Source: an uncultured bacterium
GTDB taxonomy: Bacteria; Patescibacteriota; Minisyncoccia; UBA6257; 2-01-FULL-56-20
Direction of reading: 5' to 3'
Assembly (NCBI GenBank): GCA_963696395.1
Contig: CAVOJZ010000002.1
Location: 363,989 to 427,988, forward strand
DNA: 64,000 nt
Positions 1 through 7,768 of this stretch are shown in pieces. The notes under the pieces are model-generated. The model searched no databases. It was not told the DNA's origin and saw only the letters and a list, made by a program, of their open reading frames with translations. Within the stretch, counting starts at the first letter, position 1, and every line of letters starts with the position of its first letter. A program made the translations under genes and the position numbers.

Positions 1-539
1 TACGCCCACAACTTATTCTGGTCTGTTGCGCATTCGGCGGCCTCTGCGGCGGCGGTTGATTCAGCTCCGAGGAACGGGAAATTTCTGAACACAAGCTTCA
101 CCTTGCCGGTGTTCACATAGTTCTGGACGATTTGCGGTTCTGTCTGCGAGAAATAAAGACCGCAGTACGGACACTGATAATCGCCGTATTCAACCATGGT
201 CACCGGTGCATTCGGACTCCCCAAGATTGCATCGCGGGATCCGAGCGTCATGACTTGCGCCGGGGTGAGCGACGCGCCCGTCTGCGCCGTAGGACTATTG
301 CCGGTGCCAGCGGCATTTCCACCGGTGGCGCCAGCCCCGACTGGAGCGGCTGCCGGATGGTAGATGGTCGCAAAAAGAATCGAGCCGCCAATCACAAATG
401 CGGCGATGAGGATACTGATGGGGAGGAAGCGATCCTTTGAGGCATCATTCCCGCCGCCGCGCGCGGCGTTTTTATTTTCCGTTTCTGCTACGTATTCTTC
501 CTTGGTAAGGTTAACCTCCTCTATGTCGTTATTTTCCAT
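1..539 (-). CDS. DsbA-like thiol:disulfide oxidoreductase (thioredoxin fold, CPYC active site, N-terminal TM anchor); 3' end runs off window start
   Basis: Manual reverse-strand translation from the ATG at 539 is open to position 1: MENNDIEEVNLTKEEY...TM helix...EYGDYQCPYCGLYF...VKLVFRNFPFLG. The CxxC within a thioredoxin-like context is typical of the DsbA/BdbD family. It is absent from the supplied ORF track only because there is no stop inside the window. Confidence 0.7.
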   Translation of the reverse strand, partial: MENNDIEEVNLTKEEYVAETENKNAARGGGNDASKDRFLPISILIAAFVIGGSILFATIYHPAAAPVGAGATGGNAAGTGNSPTAQTGASLTPAQVMTLGSRDAILGSPNAPVTMVEYGDYQCPYCGLYFSQTEPQIVQNYVNTGKVKLVFRNFPFLGAESTAAAEAAECATDQNKLWA

Positions 540-563
540 AGTAGTAATAATATAGCAAAGGCA

Positions 564-1235
564 CTACGCAGGCAATGAAGGCCGCGATCCCGGCATGAGC
601 GCGTAATCTTCGGGAAAAATACGCGCGGTAATTACAAACATGCCATAGACGATAAAGGGCGCAGCGAAGACATCAATAGAGTAATGCACGTGCGCGAGGA
701 GCACGGCGGCACCGAAAAAAACGGTGAGAAACAGGAAAAAGCGGCGCCAGAGCCTGTCATCCCAAAAGATGAGAGCGATAAGAAACGGGAATGCGGTGTG
801 TCCGGAGAAGAAATAATTTCCCTGGAATGTGAACAATGAATAAAAGCCGAAACCGATATTCCCCGGCCCCGGCGACATGGCTGTGGGATAGGGCCCGATA
901 TGCGTGAGGGTTATGAAAAATGCGCGGCAGATAATATAGAGCGCGACTGCCTTCGTGCCGAATATAAGCCGTCTCGGCTCAACCAGCATCAGACACCACG
1001 CGAGCACCCAGGTTGCAATCGCCCAAAGAACGATCACAAAATCGAGATTTACAACCGGCAGGTTGTCGAGAAAAACATCGTGCACCGAACTCGCCGAAAT
1101 CGCGTGTCGCGCCGAAAACTGCCCAAGCGTAACCTGCACCGCAAGGGCAAGCACGATAAGCATAATCCCCACATACATCGACCGCTTACGCGCCGGCGGC
1201 CAAAAACCTTTGTAGCGATGGAAGGGTTTCCACAT
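564..1235 (-). CDS. PAP2_C / sphingomyelin-synthase-like integral membrane protein
   Basis: Polytopic membrane protein carrying the two hallmark PAP2_C motifs, FSGHTAFPF (SGHT) and HVHYSIDVFAAP (HY[ST]xDV). Confidence 0.5.
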   Translation of the reverse strand: MWKPFHRYKGFWPPARKRSMYVGIMLIVLALAVQVTLGQFSARHAISASSVHDVFLDNLPVVNLDFVIVLWAIATWVLAWCLMLVEPRRLIFGTKAVALYIICRAFFITLTHIGPYPTAMSPGPGNIGFGFYSLFTFQGNYFFSGHTAFPFLIALIFWDDRLWRRFFLFLTVFFGAAVLLAHVHYSIDVFAAPFIVYGMFVITARIFPEDYALMPGSRPSLPA

Positions 1236-1256
1236 GAACTGTAGTATAGCAAATCC

Positions 1257-2591
1257 TCACTCGCCCTCGCCCGCAGCAATTGGCCGATTTACATATTTGA
1301 TAATTCTACTGAGCTGAGAGACATCTTCTTGATCGTTGTGGTCGAGCGAGCGCTCTCTCTTAAAAAGAGCCGGGAGGGGCAGATGCTTTCGCTTGTCTTG
1401 CAGAATGCTTTTTGGTCTTCCCGATTTCTTTCGGAGACCCCAGTCGTTCTCTGGGGTTGGAGAAAGCCGCGCCAATTTCTGCGCCCCTGGAATTTTCAGA
1501 ATCGTGTCGAGTACTCCTCCGTAGCCGGGATTTACCGTGTCTTGAGTTGAAAAAATGCCAACCCGCTCTGGCAGCGCCACGCCCTTTTTCTTGAAATCCA
1601 CAAAAATCTGGCGCAACGCCCGAAAGTAAGTGTCGTAGGCAAATCGTTGCCGATCTTCCGTGCTGTATGGAACATTTGTCGGAAATCCACTCTCGCCGAT
1701 TTCGTACGGGATTCCGAGTGCCGACAATTTTTCAGCAACCGCCTTGAATAAAGCAAAGTTGTTCATGGTTGCATTCAGGCTCCGCGGCGTGAATGGGTCG
1801 CTTGGGCTTTCCGCGCTGTCTTTGCGACCCAATAAATTCCCCGCCGTGCTTGCTTTATCACCAACGGGTAAATGCCAAACGCCGGGATAGTAATCAATCT
1901 GCACAAGATCAAAATTCTTTTTTAACATCGGGCCGTTGCGATCGAGATATTCTTCAACCGGAGGACGATCCTCCTTTCTGCTTAAGAATGATGCTTTTTC
2001 CGGCCATCTATCGCTGATATTGCCGGCGATGATACTCGTTGCGATCTTAATATCTGGCTGGACGGCTCCAAGCGCCTTCCGGGCTATCTCCGCACAGCGA
2101 GGGATATCCTTGACGTCGATAAATTTATACAACGTTGCGTTATTGATCTCATTAAAAAGTTGGGCTGAATAAACCGTGGACGTTGATCGCTCGATTATTT
2201 TTGCCACGGAAGCCAGATACGCTTCATAGGCCTCAAAATATTTTTCCTTGTCGGTTGCGTATACCTTTTCCGCCCAGGGCGGTGGATTAGAGATAACAAT
2301 AGTCGGCGGCTTCATGCCAACTTCTTTGATAGTTTTCAAAATATTGCCGTATCGTTCTCCAGAAGCTTCATCATGCATCCCGGGTGTTGGCGCAAGCTTG
2401 TCCCATGCAACGTCGAAACGAACCGACGAAAGGCCGTACTCCTTCATGGCTGCGTATAATTCGCGGAGCTCCTCTACGGTAAATTCTTTATGGCTGGCAT
2501 TGTGATCCGACACAAAAAAATCGATGCCAAGTTCCTTCTCATTCTCGGGCGAAGGATCGGATTCAACCGCTCCAAAACTTTCAGCCTTCAT
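1257..2591 (-). CDS. glycoside hydrolase, clan GH-A TIM-barrel type (family not assignable by eye)
   Basis: 444 aa. Has an NEI motif (QLFNEINNA) consistent with the clan-A acid/base and an EIGESGFP motif consistent with the nucleophile. No obvious signal peptide. Confidence 0.4.
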   Translation of the reverse strand: MKAESFGAVESDPSPENEKELGIDFFVSDHNASHKEFTVEELRELYAAMKEYGLSSVRFDVAWDKLAPTPGMHDEASGERYGNILKTIKEVGMKPPTIVISNPPPWAEKVYATDKEKYFEAYEAYLASVAKIIERSTSTVYSAQLFNEINNATLYKFIDVKDIPRCAEIARKALGAVQPDIKIATSIIAGNISDRWPEKASFLSRKEDRPPVEEYLDRNGPMLKKNFDLVQIDYYPGVWHLPVGDKASTAGNLLGRKDSAESPSDPFTPRSLNATMNNFALFKAVAEKLSALGIPYEIGESGFPTNVPYSTEDRQRFAYDTYFRALRQIFVDFKKKGVALPERVGIFSTQDTVNPGYGGVLDTILKIPGAQKLARLSPTPENDWGLRKKSGRPKSILQDKRKHLPLPALFKRERSLDHNDQEDVSQLSRIIKYVNRPIAAGEGE

Positions 2592-2628
2592 ACCAGCATT
2601 TTAGGTAAAAGAGGTATAATAGTCCAAT

Positions 2629-3240
2629 ATGCTGCCGCAGACATCGTTTATCATCACGTGGCTGCTCACCTATCGCTACGCCATAGTTTATCCGCTTGCT
2701 ATTGCGGAAGGGCCGGTACTTATGATGGTCTCCGGGTTCCTGATTCATTTGGGATTCTTTTCGTTTTGGCCGATCTACCTCATCACAAGTGCCGGCGATC
2801 TCACCGGTGACGTCGTCTGGTATAAAATCGGCGAACATGGCGCACGGACAATCATCGAAAAATATGGCCGCTTCGTAAATCTCACCCAGGAGAACGTGGA
2901 ACGCGCGGAGGAATTTTTTAAGAGCCACCAGACAAAAATTCTTTTCATCTCGAAAATAACCATGGGGTTCGGCTTTGCGCTTGCAACACTCGTGGCCGCC
3001 GGCGCACTTAAGATCAATTTTAAAAAATATATGGCGATCAATATCCTCGGCCAGTTTATCTGGACGGGATTCTTGATGGCTATCGGCTATTTCCTTGGAA
3101 ACCTGTACACCTCTGTCGACAAAGGTTTTCGCTGGGCGTTCCTCGGCGCGGCCATAGCAATCGTCGGCTTTGCAGGCTACGGATTCAGCCGATACATGAA
3201 AAAACGTTTCGCTCGCGACGCGGGCGGCGCCGGCAGGTAA
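2629..3240 (+). CDS. DedA/SNARE-associated (TVP38/TMEM64) family membrane protein
   Basis: 203 aa, multi-TM, with the EGP...GDLTGDVVWYKIGEHG pattern typical of DedA proteins. Confidence 0.6.
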   Translation: MLPQTSFIITWLLTYRYAIVYPLAIAEGPVLMMVSGFLIHLGFFSFWPIYLITSAGDLTGDVVWYKIGEHGARTIIEKYGRFVNLTQENVERAEEFFKSHQTKILFISKITMGFGFALATLVAAGALKINFKKYMAINILGQFIWTGFLMAIGYFLGNLYTSVDKGFRWAFLGAAIAIVGFAGYGFSRYMKKRFARDAGGAGR

Positions 3241-3268
3241 TTTAATCATTTTCGGCTATAATAAGGGC

Positions 3269-3994
3269 ATGACCCTCTCCATCGTCGTTCCCGCGCGGAA
3301 CGAGGAAAAGAACATCGAATGGATGCTCAAGCAGCTGCATGATAAACTAACCGACGTTGACCACGAAATCATCCTGAGCGACGATGCAAGCACCGATAAA
3401 ACCAGGGAAATCGCGGCTCGCTACGCAACCGTGGTTCCCCACATAACCGACAAGAAAAGAACTATTGCGGCAAACCGCAACAGCGGCGCAAAGGCGGCGC
3501 ACGGTGACTACATCGCATTCGTTGACGCGGATATCTTTGTTCCCGACCCGAACCGCTTCTTTAAAAAATTACTTTCCGATTTCGCCTCGCGACCCAACGT
3601 CGTCGGCGCAACGGTAAAGATCGAAATTCTGCCGGATCAGGCGTCATTTTGGGATCGCCTCATTTTATGGATCATTAACGCGGTCCGTCGGATCGATAAC
3701 AACGTATTCCACAACGGCATGGCGTCGGGCGAATTCCAAATGATCCGGCGCGATGTTTTTGAAAAACTGCACGGCTATAACGAATTTCTGCCGATCGCGG
3801 AAGATCTGGAACTTTTCGAACGCCTTTCAAAAGTCGGGCGCACGTACTTTGACTGGGACCTGAAAGTTTATACAATCAATCGGCGTGCCAAACAACTCGG
3901 ATGGGAAAAACTCCTCTGGCTCTGGGGCGTGAACTACGTTTATATGAAATTCCTCAAGCGATCCTACAGCACGGAATGGCCGCCGCGTTCATAA
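3269..3994 (+). CDS. glycosyltransferase family 2
   Basis: The N-terminus LSIVVPARNEEKNI...ILSDDASTDKT is the GT-A DxD-containing GT2 signature. Confidence 0.7.
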   Translation: MTLSIVVPARNEEKNIEWMLKQLHDKLTDVDHEIILSDDASTDKTREIAARYATVVPHITDKKRTIAANRNSGAKAAHGDYIAFVDADIFVPDPNRFFKKLLSDFASRPNVVGATVKIEILPDQASFWDRLILWIINAVRRIDNNVFHNGMASGEFQMIRRDVFEKLHGYNEFLPIAEDLELFERLSKVGRTYFDWDLKVYTINRRAKQLGWEKLLWLWGVNYVYMKFLKRSYSTEWPPRS

Positions 3995-4001
3995 TACGAA
4001 A

Positions 4002-4877
4002 ATGAAATTAAGTTTTGTCGTTCCTGCGCACAACGAAGAGGCCATCATCGGCAAATGTCTCGAAGCCATCGTTCGCGAATCACGCGACAGGAACGATGTT
4101 GAGATTATCGTTGTCGACAACGCCTCAACCGACAATACGGCGAAGGTTGCAGCAAACTATCCCGGCGTGACCGTGGTGCATGAACCCCACAAAGGGCTCG
4201 TATGGGCGCGGCGCGCGGGGTTTATGGCGTCGCACGGCGACCTCATCGCGAACGTTGATTCCGACAACATACTCACACCGGGCTGGATCACCAAGGTGAT
4301 GGCAGAGTTCGAAAAAGATCCGGACCTCGTGACGCTTTCCGGCCCGTTCATTTATTATGACCTTCCGTTGGCCGCCCGGTTCTTCACGCGCTTCTTCTAT
4401 TACATTTCCTACATTATCTATCTGCTGAACCGGTTTGTGTTCCGGATAGGATCGGTGGTGCAAGGCGGCAATTTTGTGGTCCGCCGCACCGCGCTCGATA
4501 AAATCGGCGGATTCGATACAAGCATCTCATTCTACGGTGAAGACACCGATATCGCGCGGCGCATGAGCAAAGTGGGCGAAGTGAAATTTACATTCAAGCT
4601 GCCGATTTTTTCCTCCGGCCGCAGGCTCGCGAAGGAAGGCGCGGTAACGACAGGGATCCGATACGGTCTCAATTATTTCTGGATCACTTTTTTTAAAAAA
4701 CCGCTCACAAAAACGTATACCGACTTCCGCCCACAGGAGGAAGGGACAACCCTCGCCTATAAGCCGCAGAATCGCTTCAAAGAATGGCTCCTTGGAATCG
4801 CGGCCGTTCTCGTCGCGGTCGTCATCGTAGCCCTCATTGCATACGGCATCTATATTCTCGTACAATCAATACTATGA
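4002..4877 (+). CDS. glycosyltransferase family 2 (C-terminal TM helix)
   Basis: LSFVVPAHNEEAIIGKCLEAI...IIVVDNASTDNT, with a C-terminal hydrophobic segment. Its TGA stop overlaps the next gene's ATG (ATGA). Confidence 0.7.
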   Translation: MKLSFVVPAHNEEAIIGKCLEAIVRESRDRNDVEIIVVDNASTDNTAKVAANYPGVTVVHEPHKGLVWARRAGFMASHGDLIANVDSDNILTPGWITKVMAEFEKDPDLVTLSGPFIYYDLPLAARFFTRFFYYISYIIYLLNRFVFRIGSVVQGGNFVVRRTALDKIGGFDTSISFYGEDTDIARRMSKVGEVKFTFKLPIFSSGRRLAKEGAVTTGIRYGLNYFWITFFKKPLTKTYTDFRPQEEGTTLAYKPQNRFKEWLLGIAAVLVAVVIVALIAYGIYILVQSIL

Positions 4878-5785
4878 AAATCATTGTAACCGGAGGCGCG
4901 GGGTTCATCGGAAGCCACGTCGCAGAGGCCTATAAAAAGGCCGGGCATCGCGTTGTCGTGATAGACAACCTTTCATCCGGCAAACGAAGTAACATTCCCA
5001 AGGGCGTGAAATTCCATAAAGCCGATATCCGCGACGAAGCGGCGATGAATCGGATCTTCAAGCTCGAGAAGCCGAACATCCTGAACCACCACGCGGCCTT
5101 CATCAGCGTTACGGAGTCCGTAAAAGAGCCGCAGAAAACATTTGCAATCAACGTCACAGGGACGCTCAACGTCATCATGGCATTTGCGCAATCCGGGCCG
5201 CAGAAAAAGAAGATGCTCTTCTCCTCAACCGGCGGAGCAATCTACGGCAATCCCAAAAAACTCCCGGCGGATGAATCAACGCCTCCGAATCCGTTTTCGC
5301 CCTATGCACTTGCAAAGTTGATAGACGAACAAATGATTGATTATTACTGCAAGACGAACGATATCACCTATCTCATCTTTCGCTACGCAAACGTCTATGG
5401 GCCCCGACAACGCGAGCAAGGCGGCGCCGGAATATTCCCCATCTTCACCCGCCAGGTACGCGAAGGGAAAACGCCAACTATTTTCGGCAACGGAAAAAAG
5501 ACCCGCGACTACGTTTACGTCGAAGACATTGCCCGCGCAAGTGTCCTCGGCTTATCGCGGGGGAAAAACGTCATCGTGAACATCGCATCCGCGCGCGAGA
5601 CGTCCGATTATTCCATTTTCAAAGCGATCGCAAAGAGGTTTGGATTTACCAAAGAGCCGCATTACACGCCCAAACGGAAAGGCGAAGTTGAACGCATATC
5701 CATGACTTACGCCAAAGCCAAAAAAATCCTCGGCTGGGAACCGCGATTCAGCCTCGAGGAAGGCATACGGAAAACGCTCGCATGA
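4874..5785 (+). CDS. NAD-dependent epimerase/dehydratase (UDP-hexose 4-epimerase-like SDR)
   Basis: MKIIVTGGAGFIGSH Rossmann motif and a YxxxK motif (YALAK). The start is chosen at the ATG at 4874 rather than the longer ORF-track start. ATGA overlap at both ends implies translational coupling. Confidence 0.7.
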   Translation: MKIIVTGGAGFIGSHVAEAYKKAGHRVVVIDNLSSGKRSNIPKGVKFHKADIRDEAAMNRIFKLEKPNILNHHAAFISVTESVKEPQKTFAINVTGTLNVIMAFAQSGPQKKKMLFSSTGGAIYGNPKKLPADESTPPNPFSPYALAKLIDEQMIDYYCKTNDITYLIFRYANVYGPRQREQGGAGIFPIFTRQVREGKTPTIFGNGKKTRDYVYVEDIARASVLGLSRGKNVIVNIASARETSDYSIFKAIAKRFGFTKEPHYTPKRKGEVERISMTYAKAKKILGWEPRFSLEEGIRKTLA

Positions 5786-7119
5786 ACTCAATGAACAGGC
5801 TCAAAGTATTTTTGTTTTTTGTCGGCGACGTGATCGCACTTTACGCCTCACTTTTTATTACCCTTTACATCCGTTACGGCAACTCGTTCTACGAACAATT
5901 CCTGGACAGCCACTTCGGCCCATTCAGTATTATTTTTGCTTTTTGGATTGCGCTCTTTTATATCGCCGGATTATACGACCTCCGTCGGCTTCGGAACAAC
6001 CTGAATTTTCTGAAAACGCTATCCTTGTCCCTTGTGATCAATGCCATCATTGCAGCGCTGCTTTTTTATTCCATCCCCGCGTTCGGCATCGCGCCAAAGA
6101 CCAATTTATTGATTTTTATCGCTATCTTCGCCGTCGTAGAAATTTTTTGGCGGCGGACCGCAAACCGCTTTATGACCTTCGGCGATGCACCTAATAAAGT
6201 GCTCATGGTCGGCAGTGGCGCCGTGGCACAGGAACTCAAGGCAACCATCCGCGAAAACTCCCAGCTTGGATATGAAATCAAAACCGAGCTGACCGACGAG
6301 CAGGCTTATGCCGCACCGGATTCCATCCGGACGATTGCCGAAAAGAACGGCATCAATCTTATCGTCGTACCCCATCAACTGAAGCGCGACGCACGGCTCG
6401 TGACGATTCTCTACGAACTCTTCGGTAGCGGAATTCTCATAACCGACCTCGTCGCATTCTACGAACTGGTGATGCGGAAAATTCCGCTCGCCCAGCTTGA
6501 AGAGGCATGGTTTCTCGAAAACATTGCTGCCGAAGTGCGCTTTTACGACCAGCTGAAGCGCGCGTCGGAATTTCTTGCAGCGCTCGCAATCGGCATCATC
6601 CTGCTTCCGTTTGAACTCCTGATTGCGATCATCATAAAACTCACATCCCGCGGACCGGTCATCTATAAACAAGTGCGCGTCGGCGAGAAAGAACGCGAAT
6701 TCACGCTCTATAAATTCAGGACGATGCGCGTGAACGCGGAGAAGGACGGAGCGGTCTGGGCCGGCGAGCGCGATCCGCGCGCAACGGCTTTCGGCCAGAT
6801 TCTGCGCATCTCGCACCTCGATGAATTGCCTCAACTTTGGAATATCGTGAAAGGCGACATCTCGTTTGTCGGCCCCCGGCCCGAACGGCCGGAGTTTGTG
6901 AAAAAACTCGAATCCGAAATCCCCTATTATGAAGTCCGCCTGCTCATTAAACCGGGTGTCACCGGATGGGCGCAGATCAATTACCATAAAGACACCGCAA
7001 CGGAAGACGTCATGCAAAAATTGCAATACGATATTTATTATCTAAAAAACCGCTCGATCATTTTGGATCTGGCGATTGTGCTGAAGACGCTGAGGTCGCT
7101 TTTTATCAACCCGGACTAG
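5782..7119 (+). CDS. polyprenyl-phosphate sugar phosphotransferase (bacterial sugar transferase, WbaP/CpsE-like initiating enzyme)
   Basis: N-terminal TM helices. The C-terminal domain reads KLTSRGPVIYKQVRVGEKEREFTLYKFRTM...DELPQLWNIVKGDISFVGPRPERPEF, the Bac_transf signature. Confidence 0.8.
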   Translation: MNSMNRLKVFLFFVGDVIALYASLFITLYIRYGNSFYEQFLDSHFGPFSIIFAFWIALFYIAGLYDLRRLRNNLNFLKTLSLSLVINAIIAALLFYSIPAFGIAPKTNLLIFIAIFAVVEIFWRRTANRFMTFGDAPNKVLMVGSGAVAQELKATIRENSQLGYEIKTELTDEQAYAAPDSIRTIAEKNGINLIVVPHQLKRDARLVTILYELFGSGILITDLVAFYELVMRKIPLAQLEEAWFLENIAAEVRFYDQLKRASEFLAALAIGIILLPFELLIAIIIKLTSRGPVIYKQVRVGEKEREFTLYKFRTMRVNAEKDGAVWAGERDPRATAFGQILRISHLDELPQLWNIVKGDISFVGPRPERPEFVKKLESEIPYYEVRLLIKPGVTGWAQINYHKDTATEDVMQKLQYDIYYLKNRSIILDLAIVLKTLRSLFINPD

Positions 7120-7124
7120 CGACG

Positions 7125-7601
7125 CTATTGCTTCGGTTTATTTTTGTGGAGTTTCTCAACAAGCCACGAGCTTGATTGCACTTTCCCGCCATGCCCAAGG
7201 TTATAAACAACCTTGCAGCCGATAGCTCCGCACGTTTCGACTTCAGAGCCCGGAATCGGCACGTCTGAAGGACTCCGGTCGCCGCCTTTTCCGAAAATAT
7301 GAGGCTTCAGCTTTTTGATTTCCGCAGAGACACCCATATCCTCGGGATTCGATCCGTGTCCGGTTATCACTACGCGGTCAACTGGCCACAAAGCCTCGAT
7401 GACCTCCTTCCGTTCCTGTTCCGGCATGAAGGCGTATCCCTTCTTTTTCTTCAGCCAGTTATCGTTGTTCAGAATGACGACAAGTTCGTCGCCCAACGCC
7501 CGTGCGTGCTCGAACATTCGCACGTGGCCGATGTGAATCGGATCAAAACCACCGCTTACAGCTACAACAACCTTATGCTTGGCGGCTTTTTTCTTCTTCA
7601 T
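7125..7601 (-). CDS. cytidylyltransferase-like nucleotidyltransferase (HldE domain II / RfaE_II-like, stand-alone)
   Basis: 158 aa. VVVAVSGGFDPIHIGH is the HxGH nucleotidyltransferase motif, and KGGD resembles heptose-1-phosphate adenylyltransferase domains. Confidence 0.5.
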   Translation of the reverse strand: MKKKKAAKHKVVVAVSGGFDPIHIGHVRMFEHARALGDELVVILNNDNWLKKKKGYAFMPEQERKEVIEALWPVDRVVITGHGSNPEDMGVSAEIKKLKPHIFGKGGDRSPSDVPIPGSEVETCGAIGCKVVYNLGHGGKVQSSSWLVEKLHKNKPKQ

Positions 7602-7768
7602 AAATCGTTTGCACTATTATAGCAGGCTTCGCATTACGAGCCCAGGCTCCCCAAGTGGAACATGGATGGCACGAAGACCCGGAGAACAAATACCAGTGCG
7701 ACCAGGACAATCGCGGCGGCCACGAGCCAGGCCACAAACGGTTTTTTCATACCTATAGCATAGCAAAT

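Noticed and set aside
132-555. Plus-strand ORFs 132-440 and 364-555 from the ORF track
   Set aside because: They are antisense to a well-supported minus-strand DsbA-like gene (1-539) with a clean CxxC thioredoxin translation. Their Arg/Gly-rich products are typical GC-driven spurious ORFs.
6106-7026. Long antisense ORFs inside well-supported genes (e.g. 6106-7026 in the sugar transferase, 10995-11561 in wzx-1, 12532-13293 in a GT2, 14340-14993 in the FkbM gene, 21982-22815 in HddC-GmhB, 45963-46529 in rnj, 50764-51324 in ileS)
   Set aside because: No motifs, and the products are low-complexity. They sit opposite genes with strong family signatures. They are expected by chance at this GC content.
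7644-7751. 36-aa hydrophobic minus-strand mini-ORF (MKKPFVAWLVAAAIVLVALVFVLRVFVPSMFH...) between the nucleotidyltransferase and hydrolase genes
   Set aside because: It is plausible as a small membrane peptide, but there is no conservation or RBS evidence and it is too short to support. Not annotated.
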